Notes: generated by a model from the letters alone, not told the origin. A stretch of DNA of 58,817 nt from an uncultured Verrucomicrobiota bacterium (GCA_964458765.1 CAYWKN010000001.1:1-58817), one strand, 5' to 3'; positions 32,247 to 41,989 are shown, counted from the first letter of the stretch. Program-made: numbers and translations.

Positions 32247-32945
32247 TCAGTACAACATGCGGCTGCAGAAATTGCAGAAAACAGCCGTTGTCTGTTTGCG
32301 GGCCTCATGGCAGACATACGGGGGAAGCTTCATGTGGCATCCACCGCAGGCCGCGTGCTCAACGGGAACAAGCACTTTGCCGCGCTTGTTGGCGAACAGT
32401 CGTTCATATTGGGCCAGTCTCTCGGGATCGGCTTCCGCCGCAAGCCCTGCACGGGCAGCCCGGACCGTTTCCATTTCCTTCCGGATCGCGTCACCACGCT
32501 CCTCGATCAACCGTGTTTCGCGTTGGACCCCGGCTTCCTCCTGCTTCAAGGCCTGTTCCTTCTCCTTCACCACCGAAACAGCGCCATCCAAGGATTCCAT
32601 CATCTCCAGCATCTGGTCCTCACGGCCACGAATGCTTTTCTCCACCATGGCGACTTCATCCTCCATGGCTTTGAATTCCTTGTTGCTCTTTAACTGCAAT
32701 TGCTGTTCGCGAAACTTACGGATCTTTTCGCGCAATGTCTCCACTTCCAGTTCGGCCTGCTTGATATCCGACTGCCGTGCCTTGACCTGATCCTTGGCCG
32801 CGATCACTGCCTGCCGGTGCTCGTCGAGCAGCGCCTCGATAGAGGCCTTGCGCCGTGGCAGGTCTGACAATTCCTTCTCGAATTTCAGGATGCGCTCGTC
32901 ATGATCCTGGACCAGCAGAAGTTTCTCGATCATTGGTGTCGCCAT
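32247..32945 (-). CDS. Coiled-coil protein with C-terminal C4 zinc ribbon (COG1579/DUF164 family)
   Basis: 232 aa. A long heptad-rich region is followed by CGGC...(22 aa)...CNFC. Confidence 0.8.
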   Translation of the reverse strand: MATPMIEKLLLVQDHDERILKFEKELSDLPRRKASIEALLDEHRQAVIAAKDQVKARQSDIKQAELEVETLREKIRKFREQQLQLKSNKEFKAMEDEVAMVEKSIRGREDQMLEMMESLDGAVSVVKEKEQALKQEEAGVQRETRLIEERGDAIRKEMETVRAARAGLAAEADPERLAQYERLFANKRGKVLVPVEHAACGGCHMKLPPYVCHEARKQTTAVFCNFCSRMLY

Positions 32946-33011
32946 CGTGTATCCCCTTGCCCTGAGCGATTGCGGAAATGGCGTTTAATATCGCACACAC
33001 GGCAATCCAAG

Positions 33012-33902
33012 TCAACGCCTCGGTCCCGGTTCCAGCGCAAAGCCAGCCGTTCCGGTCCCCTGATCCGCGCAGTCTTCCATCTGCGGGTAGCGATGACGCA
33101 GCAGTTCCGGTACCGCTAAGCGTCGCCCCGAAAGCCGACTCTTGATCTGAAGGGCAGCCACCAGTTCCTTACCCTGGTAATGATTGTTGGCCACGACCGT
33201 CAGTGTGGCGGACATCCCCGCCAGTTCCCGGGCGCGTTGGCTGATCTCGTCAATCTCGCCCTCAGTGTACAGATGATTGTATGTTTCATCGCGCCCGGCG
33301 GTCCTGCTGAACCAGGCCGCCGCGTTTCGCCCATGCAGTCGGAAGTAGGCGTTCCTTCCAACAAGGCACTGCCGCATGTGGAAGGAGTGTCGAGCCGTCG
33401 GGCAGTCAAGGTTGACGATACCGGCGCCAAGGTTTTCGACGAATTGCAGCGCTGACTGTGACTGCCACGTGTCATGGCGGAATTCGAAAGTCACCTGGGC
33501 CATGGCGCCGAACGCGCCGCAGATATCCTGCACCCGTTGACGCGACGCAGGGGCGTCCTGGAAGGTCCAGGGAAACTGCGCCAGCAGATGCCGCAATCTG
33601 CCGGCTTCTGCAAGAGGCGCAAGCCCCTCGTGAAAGGCCTGCACCATGCCAGGCTCCAGCAAGCCGCCATGCGTAATATCACGGTGCAGCTTGGCCGTGA
33701 AAAAGAAGTCCGTGCGGTCGCTTGTCCGGTCCCGCCAGGAGGCCGCCAAACGGGGCACCGGCGGGCGGTAGAACGTGCTGTTGATCTCGATCATGTCCAC
33801 GTAACGGGAGACGAAGCGCAGCTTGTCCCCCACCCCGGCGGGATACACGAACCCGTTCCAATCCGGGTAGGACCACCCGGCAACCCCTACGGCCACATTC
33901 AC
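33012..33902 (-). CDS. DUF72 (YecE-like) family protein
   Basis: 296 aa. GWSYPDW...FYP...LRFVSRYVDMIEINSTFY is the typical DUF72 N-terminus. Confidence 0.85.
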   Translation of the reverse strand: MNVAVGVAGWSYPDWNGFVYPAGVGDKLRFVSRYVDMIEINSTFYRPPVPRLAASWRDRTSDRTDFFFTAKLHRDITHGGLLEPGMVQAFHEGLAPLAEAGRLRHLLAQFPWTFQDAPASRQRVQDICGAFGAMAQVTFEFRHDTWQSQSALQFVENLGAGIVNLDCPTARHSFHMRQCLVGRNAYFRLHGRNAAAWFSRTAGRDETYNHLYTEGEIDEISQRARELAGMSATLTVVANNHYQGKELVAALQIKSRLSGRRLAVPELLRHRYPQMEDCADQGTGTAGFALEPGPRR

Positions 33903-33914
33903 GGGGAAAGCCCT

Positions 33915-35651
33915 CTAGATGCGTTCGGGCGTTTCGATGCCGAGCAGGTCCAATCCCTGTCGCAAGACCTTCGCGACACTCCGGCAAAGCCGGATGCGGC
34001 TTTCCCGGACGCCATCGGGCGCCTTCAGGAAAGGCACATTCTGATAGAAAGTACTATAGGTTGACGCCAATCCGTAAAGGTAGTCCGCCAGTATATTCGG
34101 CCGATACCCTTCCGCGCTCTTGATCACCGTTTCCGGGAAGCGCAGCACTGCCACTGCCAGCGTCCGCTCCACGGGTTGCTCCAGCCGGAACGGCATCGTT
34201 TCGAGTTGCACGCCGGGGTACTGTTCCCGGTACTTGTCCTGGACGCTGGCGATGCGGGCGCAGGCATACTGCAGGTAGGGTGCGGAGTTGCCATCCAGCG
34301 CCAACGCCTTGTCCCACGTGAAGGTCACAACGCTCTGCGGGTTCTGGCTCAGGTCCGCATACTTCACGGCGCCAATGCCTACAGCTCTCGCGACCTCCCG
34401 CTGACGTTGCTCGTCCATATCCGGGCTGCCCGCCTTGACCACGGCCAGCGCCCTGGCTTCCGCTTCATCCAGGTACTTCTCCAGTTTGATCACATTTCCC
34501 TGACGGGTGGAAAATGTGCCTTCCGGCAGCCGCATGAGACCGAACCAGACGTGCTGCAGGTCCGTGGCCACTCCCAGGCGGCGGGCAATGGCGAATACCT
34601 GACGGAAGTGAAGTTGCTGCCGCTCATCCGTCACATAGACAATCTTGTCCGGATGGAATTCCGACAGACGGCTTTCAATGGTGGCAAGGTCTGTCGTCGC
34701 ATAGTTGTAGGCGCCGTCGCTCTTCTGGACAATGCAGGGCGGGAGCTTTTCGTCTTCCAGAAAGGCCACGGTCGCGCCCTCGCTGTTCCGGGCAATCCCC
34801 TTCGCGCGCAAGCGCGCAACGACGTCCGGGAGCGCGCTGTTGTAGTAGCTCTCGCCACGCACCAAGTCGAACTTCACGCCCAGACGGTGGTAGATATGTT
34901 CGAATTCCTGAAGACTCAATTCCACGAACCGCTGCCACAGTTGCCGGTTTTCGGGGTCCCCGGCTTGCAGTTTCACGAGTTCCTGCCTCGCCCGTTTCAG
35001 CCATTCCTCGTCCGAGCGGGACCGCTCGTAACTCAGGACGTAGACACGTTCGAGCTCCTCGACAGGCTCCGTCTCCAACGCCTGCGGGTTCACGAAATGC
35101 CTGTATCCCATGATCATGATCCCGAACTGGGTGCCCCAATCGCCGAGGTGATTATCGGCCAGGACATGGAATCCGAGGAACCGATGCATGCGGTCCAGGG
35201 CGTTTCCGATAACTGTTGAGCGGATGTGCCCTATGTGCATCGGTTTGGCCACATTGGGGCTGGAATAATCCAGGAGTACCGTGCGATCCTTGCCGGCCAG
35301 AGGAACGCCGCAACGGGGATCCTCGTCCACGGCGGCCAAGGCCAATTCAAGCCATTCCCGGTTCAGGAAGAGATTGAGGAAGCCCGGTCCGGCAATCTCC
35401 ATCCGCTCCACGGCTGCGTGCGTGCCCGCATGCCGTGCAACCTGTTCCGCCACCTGTCGGGGCGCCATCTTCAGGGCCTTGCCCACCGACATGGCGTGGT
35501 TGCACTGGTAATCCCCGAACTGCTCCGACGTTGCAGGTACCGCCGTGATCCCGTGCAACGGCGCCTCTGGAAATGCGCGCGAGAAAGACTCGCGCATCCA
35601 CGCGGAGAGCGTCTGTTCAATCGTCTGCATCTGGTTCGCCGGTTTCCCCAA
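33915..35651 (-). CDS. argS: Arginine--tRNA ligase
   Basis: 578 aa. Class I HIGH (PNVAKPMHIGHIRS), a KMSK-like region, and the C-terminal DALR anticodon-binding domain. Confidence 0.95.
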   Translation of the reverse strand: MGKPANQMQTIEQTLSAWMRESFSRAFPEAPLHGITAVPATSEQFGDYQCNHAMSVGKALKMAPRQVAEQVARHAGTHAAVERMEIAGPGFLNLFLNREWLELALAAVDEDPRCGVPLAGKDRTVLLDYSSPNVAKPMHIGHIRSTVIGNALDRMHRFLGFHVLADNHLGDWGTQFGIMIMGYRHFVNPQALETEPVEELERVYVLSYERSRSDEEWLKRARQELVKLQAGDPENRQLWQRFVELSLQEFEHIYHRLGVKFDLVRGESYYNSALPDVVARLRAKGIARNSEGATVAFLEDEKLPPCIVQKSDGAYNYATTDLATIESRLSEFHPDKIVYVTDERQQLHFRQVFAIARRLGVATDLQHVWFGLMRLPEGTFSTRQGNVIKLEKYLDEAEARALAVVKAGSPDMDEQRQREVARAVGIGAVKYADLSQNPQSVVTFTWDKALALDGNSAPYLQYACARIASVQDKYREQYPGVQLETMPFRLEQPVERTLAVAVLRFPETVIKSAEGYRPNILADYLYGLASTYSTFYQNVPFLKAPDGVRESRIRLCRSVAKVLRQGLDLLGIETPERI

Positions 35652-35662
35652 TCCGAGCCTAC

Positions 35663-36985
35663 TCAGCCTGCCCGGATCAGTGTGAGAATTTCGTCCCGCT
35701 TATCTTCCATGAGTTTCCGGTTGCGTGCCTCGAGATTCAGTCGCACGAGGGGTTCGGTATTGGAACAACGGACGTTGAACCACCAGTCGGCGTATTCCAC
35801 CGTCACGCCGTCCAGTTCAATGATCCGCCCGTCGGAGTATCGCCGGCGGATGGATTGCAGGACAGCAGCGGCATCATGGACCTCCGAATTGATCTCCCCG
35901 CTGGCGGCATACCGCTGAATCGGCCTGACGAGCGTCGAGAGCGACTGCCCCTTGTGCGTGATGGCATTGGCGACATACAGCACCGCCATGGCGGAACTTT
36001 CCGTAAAATAGTTGTCGCGGAAGTAGTAGTGGCCCGACAACTCGCCGGCGAACAGGGCATTGTTGTCACGCATCTGCTGCTTGATGAACGCGTGGCCCAC
36101 CCGGCTCATTTTCGGGATGCCTTTGTTCTCCTCGATGACTTCCTTGACCGCCCAACTGCTGCGCAGGTCGTAGTAGATGACGCCTTGCTGCCGCTCCAGC
36201 AGGCTGGAGGCGATCAGGGCGGTGATCATATCCATGGGGACCACATCCCCTTTCTCGTCCACGAAACCGGCGCGGTCGGCATCGCCGTCAAACGCCACCC
36301 CGAAATCATAGCCTCCCCGGCGGACGGTCTTCTGCAGCGCCTCTAATGTGTCGAGCTTGAGCGGGTTGGCCTCATGGTTCGGGAAGCGCCCGTCCAGTGT
36401 GTCGTACAGGCGTGTCATTTCCAGAACCCCATCCAGGCACCTGGCTTCCAGAATTCCCATGGCATTGGCGAAATCCACGGCGATCCGTACCGGGCGCTTG
36501 AGATCGGCCACACGACGCACGTGCGCCACATACCCGGGAACAATATCCTTCCTCGATACCGTTCCGGGTTTCGCCGCCTTGGGAGCGAAAGCCTTGCTCG
36601 TGACAATTCGCTCAATCTCCTGAATCCCCGTCGCCCCGCTGATCGGAATGGCTTTTTCCCGGCACAGTTTGAAACCATTCCACTCGCCGGGATTGTGCGA
36701 TGCCGTGATCATGATACTGGCATCCGCCCCCAGGGACCCGTTGGCAAAGTAAGACATCGGAGTGGAGCACATGCCGATATCCACAACATCCGCGCCCTGT
36801 TCCGTGACCCCGCGGCACAGCGCATCAAACAGGCCCTGTGAATGCGGCCGCATGTCGTATCCGATAACCACCTTGCGGCACTTCAGGAACGTCACAAAGG
36901 CCCGGCCGATATCACATGCCATGTCTTCGGCAAGCGTCTCGCCGTAGATCCCGCGAATGTCATATGCCTTGAAAATACCCGCCAT
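35663..36985 (-). CDS. Phosphomannomutase/phosphoglucomutase
   Basis: 440 aa. Active-site TASHNP, metal loop FDGDADR, and sugar-binding GELSGH. Confidence 0.92.
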   Translation of the reverse strand: MAGIFKAYDIRGIYGETLAEDMACDIGRAFVTFLKCRKVVIGYDMRPHSQGLFDALCRGVTEQGADVVDIGMCSTPMSYFANGSLGADASIMITASHNPGEWNGFKLCREKAIPISGATGIQEIERIVTSKAFAPKAAKPGTVSRKDIVPGYVAHVRRVADLKRPVRIAVDFANAMGILEARCLDGVLEMTRLYDTLDGRFPNHEANPLKLDTLEALQKTVRRGGYDFGVAFDGDADRAGFVDEKGDVVPMDMITALIASSLLERQQGVIYYDLRSSWAVKEVIEENKGIPKMSRVGHAFIKQQMRDNNALFAGELSGHYYFRDNYFTESSAMAVLYVANAITHKGQSLSTLVRPIQRYAASGEINSEVHDAAAVLQSIRRRYSDGRIIELDGVTVEYADWWFNVRCSNTEPLVRLNLEARNRKLMEDKRDEILTLIRAG

Positions 36986-37088
36986 GCTCTCCCCCCTGCT
37001 TGTCGTTGAACAACAGTCGAATCCTTATACTATGATCGGGAGCGCGAAGCAAGCCATGCGCAACCAGGCGTGCGCGGAGCAACCCCAT

Positions 37089-37114
37089 AAAAAAGGGTGC
37101 CGCTCGGGGCACCC
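37089..37114 (-). terminator. Rho-independent terminator ending the 37143..41850 gene string
   Basis: Minus strand: GGGTGCC-CCGAGC-GGCACCC followed by TTTTTT, about 30 nt after the stop at 37143. Confidence 0.8.
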
Positions 37115-37142
37115 CTTCTCCTGATCCAGATCGTAGCGCCAA

Positions 37143-37511
37143 CTAGCGTTTCTTGCTCGTCGCCGCTTTTGTGGTGGTCTTGGAAGTCGTCTTCTGGGTC
37201 TGGGCCGCCTTCGCAGCCTCGGCCTTCTTCTTCATTTCCTCCTGGACCCGCATCTGGTGTTGACGCGTCCACTCCAGTGCCGTCCGGCGCAGCTTATCGG
37301 CTTCCATCATAACGCGCTGCGCATCCGTGCGTACCTGATCGAGTTCCACGCGGATCTGGTCGCGTTCCTGCGTTAGCCTCTCGCATTCCTTGCCGCGTTT
37401 CGAAGCCATGACCGATGCCGCAATGGCCCATATCAGCACTACGGCTGTCACCGCCGACAAAAACATAACCGCGGAATTCTTCGGCTCTCTCAACGATTCA
37501 TTTTCCATCAT
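37143..37511 (-). CDS. Small single-pass membrane protein with coiled coil and a Lys/Thr/Ala-rich basic tail
   Basis: The track ORF is 37143..37592. The start is taken at MMENESL..., after an AGGAGA RBS. TM helix (VMFLSAVTAVVLIWAIAASVMA), a heptad region, and the tail KKKAEAAKAAQTQKTTSKTTTKAATSKKR. I recognise no family. Confidence 0.55.
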   Translation of the reverse strand: MMENESLREPKNSAVMFLSAVTAVVLIWAIAASVMASKRGKECERLTQERDQIRVELDQVRTDAQRVMMEADKLRRTALEWTRQHQMRVQEEMKKKAEAAKAAQTQKTTSKTTTKAATSKKR

Positions 37512-37619
37512 GTGATTCTCCTGATCGTTTCCGTCTGTGTTGGCACAAAAAGTGATGCCACTATCATACATCGGAACGGCGATGACAAGCACAATTGTGT
37601 TTTTTTGCCATACAGGTTT

Positions 37620-39167
37620 CTAACGGGGTTCCATTCCTGCCAGTGCCTCAATCCGTTCGCCGCACGCCTCCCGGAAGCGCCAAAACGCCAGACTTTCCGA
37701 ACGCCTTGCTTGCAGGGCGGCGCGCTGCGCCTGCAGTTTCATTTCCGTGACCGCAAGCTGCTCCTCGGGGCCTAGGAGTCCGGCTTCCTCCATCTGTCGC
37801 CCCAGGTGTTCCGCCTGATTCTCCACATCCGCCAGCCCGGCCTGACATTCTTTGGTCCGTTCCCTGGCATTCAGCCAGAGGAAACGGGCATTGCCAAATT
37901 CCGCTCCCGCCCGACGCAAGGTCTCCCGCAGTACCTGGGCGCAGCGCGCCAGTTCCGTCCGTTCCATGCGCGTTGCCCCCCCGTAAAACGAGAAGACGGG
38001 AATCTCCACAGCCGCCTCGATGCTCCATTCCTCGTCCTCGCTGTCATCGACGGCGATCTGGCTGTCGGGCGTCAACCCGGAGGGCGCCCCTGAGAGTGCG
38101 GCGATCGCGTCCTTCTCTTCCCCGGTTGTGCCGCGGCCATACGAACCCTGCACATGCGACAGCCACGGAATGCGGCGCGCCTTTGCCTCCCGCAGTGTCG
38201 CCATGGCGCCCTGGTGCCTCCAATAGGCCGCCACGACCTCCTGGCGTGATTCCATCCACCGGAATTCCAGGCCGGCCAAGGCCGTCAACGGCACTTCCGG
38301 CTCCCCTTCGATCTCCGCCGCCTCCCCTTCCAAAGAGGCGCCCGACAGATCGAAGACGGCCTGCAGCTTCTCCCGCAACAATTCTTCGATGACCGCCACA
38401 TCCTCCGTGGCGCGCAGGTGGCGCTGCCGCGCGTCCAATTGGTCGAGAGCCGAGCCTTGGTTATGCTGCAACCGCGCGATAACAGCCGCTGTATATTCCC
38501 TGCGCACTTCCGCCTGCTGGCAGGCAATCCGCAGTTCCCGCCGCAGTGTCCGGATCTCCGACAACAGTCTCCCTATGGCGCATTCGAGCCGCCACTCCGC
38601 TGCCCGGAGGTCGGCCGTCGCTGCGGCGAAACGGGCACGTGCTCCCGCGCCCTGGGCGCGCAGGAGCCAGGGATTCGGGGGAAACAATCGAAGACCCAGG
38701 CGAACGACATCCGACTCGGACTCACGCTTCCGAACATCTGCGGCTGGCCGCCAGTCCACACCACCCCCGTTCGCCGCGCCGGAAGGCTGATACCAAGTGC
38801 GCCCGGTGTATCGGCTCCCCTCCCCGTATTCCATGCGCAGTTCGGGATTCCGCAATCCCGTTACCGTGATCGCTTCCGCGCGCGCCGCCTCAACCGCACC
38901 CCGGAGTGTCAGGATTTCCGGATTATGCTGGCAGGCCGAATTCACGAGTGCCGCCAAGGTCAACGGTGTATGAGCCGCGGCAGCCGTTTCCATCAGGGCC
39001 AGAGGAGGTTCTGGCACCGCACCACTTGCGGCGGCCCCCTGGGAGACAACGCGTAGTGAGCTGCAGCCAACCAGGGTGCAACCGGCGGCAGTCAGCCACA
39101 TGGCGGAAGCAGCCCTCCAAACATTCCAGTCCCGCCACGCACGTTCCATGGAAGGCGCTTTCTTCAT
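37620..39167 (-). CDS. TolC-family outer-membrane efflux protein (lipoprotein-type signal)
   Basis: The track ORF is 37620..39212. The start is taken at MKKAPSME..., whose ATG overlaps the HlyD stop (ATGA). A signal/lipobox-like LTAAGC or LVGCSS is followed by two long alpha-helical OEP-like repeats. Confidence 0.75.
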   Translation of the reverse strand: MKKAPSMERAWRDWNVWRAASAMWLTAAGCTLVGCSSLRVVSQGAAASGAVPEPPLALMETAAAAHTPLTLAALVNSACQHNPEILTLRGAVEAARAEAITVTGLRNPELRMEYGEGSRYTGRTWYQPSGAANGGGVDWRPAADVRKRESESDVVRLGLRLFPPNPWLLRAQGAGARARFAAATADLRAAEWRLECAIGRLLSEIRTLRRELRIACQQAEVRREYTAAVIARLQHNQGSALDQLDARQRHLRATEDVAVIEELLREKLQAVFDLSGASLEGEAAEIEGEPEVPLTALAGLEFRWMESRQEVVAAYWRHQGAMATLREAKARRIPWLSHVQGSYGRGTTGEEKDAIAALSGAPSGLTPDSQIAVDDSEDEEWSIEAAVEIPVFSFYGGATRMERTELARCAQVLRETLRRAGAEFGNARFLWLNARERTKECQAGLADVENQAEHLGRQMEEAGLLGPEEQLAVTEMKLQAQRAALQARRSESLAFWRFREACGERIEALAGMEPR

Positions 39168-40333
39168 GGCCGATCCACGAGGGCGCCAATGGCTCGCAGC
39201 ACAGGTGCCCACAGGGGAGACCGCAGTCGAATCTGCACGGTCTCGCCGGGCAACAGGTCGGTCGGGCCGGCAAGCTCACAGAAAATGCGTCTTCCCCGCA
39301 TGACACGGCCGGGCACCGGGTTTACCTGGCCCGGCAATCCGCGAATGGCCGGCTCCAGGGACGAAACCGTGGCCGGGTATGATTTTCCCATGCCGTACAT
39401 CCGCTCCACCCACACAGCATGCCCCGGCATGGCTTCACGCGCATTCAGCTCCGGTATGAATCCGACGACTCGGGTGGAAGGCGTTTCAATCACAACCAGG
39501 ACGGGCAGTCCCGCGGCAATCACATCGCCCGGACGGAACATTACCTGCGAAACCGTGCCCTCCGAGGGACTTCGCAAGACATATTCCCGCCGGCGTGCTT
39601 CCAGTCCGGCCACGATCATGGCCTGGGCAACGGCCTGCAGATTGGTGCCGGAGCCGGTCCGTCCAGGCAGCCGAAGCGCAGACTTTGCATCGTCATATTG
39701 CCGCCGCGTCTCCGCCACCCGGCTCCGGAGTCCCTCCAGAGTCTCCGGATACAGTGCGACAGCCCTGCTGAGTGCCGCATGACGCGCCCGGACGGCGCCC
39801 ACGGTCGCGGCATCCACCAGACGCCGTTCCAGCAGGGGCTCCAGCCGCTTCAGTTCACGCGTCACCACTTCCAGTTCGGCCTCATCCTGGGCCTGGCGCA
39901 TGCGTTGTTCGTCGAGGGCAACAGCGGCCGCAGACATCGCGCCGGCAAACTGCCGTTCCCACTGCAGAGTGACCTGTTCCATTCCGGGCACGCTTCCCTG
40001 CAGTTCCGCGTAGGTGGCCTGCGCGGCGCCAACCTCGGTGTCAATCACCGACGCGTCCAGCCGGGCGAGAATCTGTCCGGCCTGGACTCGTGCGCCCACG
40101 GCGACTTCCACGGATTGGAGCCGCCCGAGTTCAAGGGATGCCACGGGATGTTCCACGATTTCCACGTAGCCTGGCACCCCCCCCGTGTGCGCCCCGTACA
40201 CAAAGAAGAGAACCCCCGCCACGGCCGCTGCTATCCATACCGCCACATGACTGTGGGCCTTCCACCGGCTCCACTGGACGCGGGCCGATCTCGCGGGATC
40301 ACCAGAGCCTCTGTTTGTCCGACCGTCCATCAT
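39164..40333 (-). CDS. HlyD-family periplasmic adaptor (membrane fusion protein)
   Basis: 389 aa. N-terminal TM helix, lipoyl-like hairpin motifs (VAVGARVQAGQILARLD ... GDVIAAGLPVLVV), a central coiled coil and a beta-barrel tail. It starts 3 nt after the DUF4956 stop. Confidence 0.85.
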   Translation of the reverse strand: MMDGRTNRGSGDPARSARVQWSRWKAHSHVAVWIAAAVAGVLFFVYGAHTGGVPGYVEIVEHPVASLELGRLQSVEVAVGARVQAGQILARLDASVIDTEVGAAQATYAELQGSVPGMEQVTLQWERQFAGAMSAAAVALDEQRMRQAQDEAELEVVTRELKRLEPLLERRLVDAATVGAVRARHAALSRAVALYPETLEGLRSRVAETRRQYDDAKSALRLPGRTGSGTNLQAVAQAMIVAGLEARRREYVLRSPSEGTVSQVMFRPGDVIAAGLPVLVVIETPSTRVVGFIPELNAREAMPGHAVWVERMYGMGKSYPATVSSLEPAIRGLPGQVNPVPGRVMRGRRIFCELAGPTDLLPGETVQIRLRSPLWAPVLRAIGALVDRP

Positions 40334-40336
40334 GGC

Positions 40337-41017
40337 CTATAGCTCCACCGTAGACCGCTGCATGAGCATACTCACATTCCTGAGTCCAGCCTGTTCCTGA
40401 AATGCCTTCACCAGCGGTCCCTGTCCGGAAGGATCCCGAAGGCGGATGTGGTAGGAATACTCGCGCCCTTCGCCTTGAATGGCATCGCGAACGGCAATCA
40501 GTTCCCAACTGGAACAGTAAGCCTCAAACGTCGCGGATGCCTTGTTTGCCATTCCCTCTTCCATGGCCACAAAACGCAGTAAACCTTCATAATCGCGCCG
40601 GGAGGTGAACGGAGCCAGGTGGAGGAACCATGCCACAAGGCCAAATCCCACAGTCCCCACGATGGCGACCGAAAACACAGCCGCTCCGCAGGAAATCCCG
40701 ACGGCAAGGGTGGCGAAAAGGAACACGATATCCCGCGGGTCGCGGATGTGTGTGCGGAAACGGATAATCGCCAGGGTGCCGAGAATACCCAATCCCCGCG
40801 CCAGATTGTTGCCTATCGCCATGATCATCACCGAGGAGATGAACCCGCTGAGTATGAGCGTTTGGACGAAAGACCGGGAATAGGACAACCCCTCGTAGGT
40901 CTTGCGATATATCCAGGCGATCAGCGAGCAGAGGACAAAACTGGCCAGCAATCCGGAAACGATCTGGCCAACACCCAGCACGCGCGCCGGCCCGAAAATA
41001 GTCAGGAATTCATCCAT
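40337..41017 (-). CDS. DUF4956 family integral membrane protein
   Basis: The track ORF is 40337..41053. The start is taken at MDEFLTIFG (GGAAGG RBS), with M1 at 41053 as an alternative. Four or five TM helices include the family hallmark GLGILGTLAIIRFRT, followed by a soluble C-terminal domain. Confidence 0.8.
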   Translation of the reverse strand: MDEFLTIFGPARVLGVGQIVSGLLASFVLCSLIAWIYRKTYEGLSYSRSFVQTLILSGFISSVMIMAIGNNLARGLGILGTLAIIRFRTHIRDPRDIVFLFATLAVGISCGAAVFSVAIVGTVGFGLVAWFLHLAPFTSRRDYEGLLRFVAMEEGMANKASATFEAYCSSWELIAVRDAIQGEGREYSYHIRLRDPSGQGPLVKAFQEQAGLRNVSMLMQRSTVEL

Positions 41018-41049
41018 TGTGCCGCACCTTCCCTTCGGATCCATTCCCC

Positions 41050-41850
41050 TCAATAGTCCTGCAATACGGCAGCATAGGCTGGTGCCCCCACGGTCCCGCG
41101 GAACAGGGTCTCGCAGGAAACAGCGGTAGAATACTTGCAGTTCCCGTCACGTACAAGATCGAACTCTTTCGTCAGATCGCTCATCCATCGCGGTGCATCA
41201 CCGGTAGTCTTCAACTCGAGAATGACGCCTGACCAGGGCTCCAGCTTGTTCTGGGTCAGCGAGTCATCCATCACGATCCATTTTCGCCCCTCCCCGAGCA
41301 GGTCCCAGTCTTCCGCGGGTTGGTATTCCAAATGGCGGTCGAAACTCACGCGCGCATAGTCTTCCCCGACACCGAAATAGGACTCGCGCACGTAGCGGAT
41401 CCGGACCACCGGTTCCGCCTGGATCTGACGGGCCAACCGGAGGAATGTCAGAAAGGCCACGTATTCCTTGTCCGAGGCAAATGGCAAGCGCACGCGGGTA
41501 TCCCGGAGCAAGTGTTCCCCCCAATCCCGGCGGTTAATGCGTGCACGGCTCTTGACCACTACAGAGCCGAACTTCCGTTTCACCTCCAGGAATACGGGGC
41601 TGTCCTGTCCGTCATAGGTTCGCACCCGCAATTTGAAACGGTTGAGTCGTTCCTCCTTCTTGGCTCGGTGAAGGGGGAAGCCAGGTCCATCCAGTTGAAG
41701 AGTGATAATGGTGTAGGATGGCGGATCAGACTTCCCGTGAGGGTCCGGCCGGCAAAACGGGGCGATATGGCGCCGAATGGGAGCCACAAGTCCGGCAGGA
41801 ATGACATACTTTGCCTCATGCCGGACCAAGACTGGCGTATTTGCGGTCAT
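41050..41850 (-). CDS. VTC-domain protein (polyphosphate polymerase / triphosphate-tunnel family)
   Basis: The track ORF is 41050..41991. The start is taken at MTANTPVLVRHEAKYVI. The tunnel-fold basic pattern HEAKY...FKLRVRTY...FLEVKRK...VKSR...RIRYVRE matches bacterial VTC-domain proteins, which usually pair with DUF4956. Confidence 0.8.
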   Translation of the reverse strand: MTANTPVLVRHEAKYVIPAGLVAPIRRHIAPFCRPDPHGKSDPPSYTIITLQLDGPGFPLHRAKKEERLNRFKLRVRTYDGQDSPVFLEVKRKFGSVVVKSRARINRRDWGEHLLRDTRVRLPFASDKEYVAFLTFLRLARQIQAEPVVRIRYVRESYFGVGEDYARVSFDRHLEYQPAEDWDLLGEGRKWIVMDDSLTQNKLEPWSGVILELKTTGDAPRWMSDLTKEFDLVRDGNCKYSTAVSCETLFRGTVGAPAYAAVLQDY

Positions 41851-41989
41851 TCTGGCGGCATGATACTTAGTCGATCGACCTCCCGCAAGCGCCACTGAAG
41901 GAGGCGGGAATGTCTTTGGTGCCGGAAAACCGGACGTGATACAGTGCCAGAGAGACAGAGGTACAGTGTCTGGGACAACAGGAGCAACC

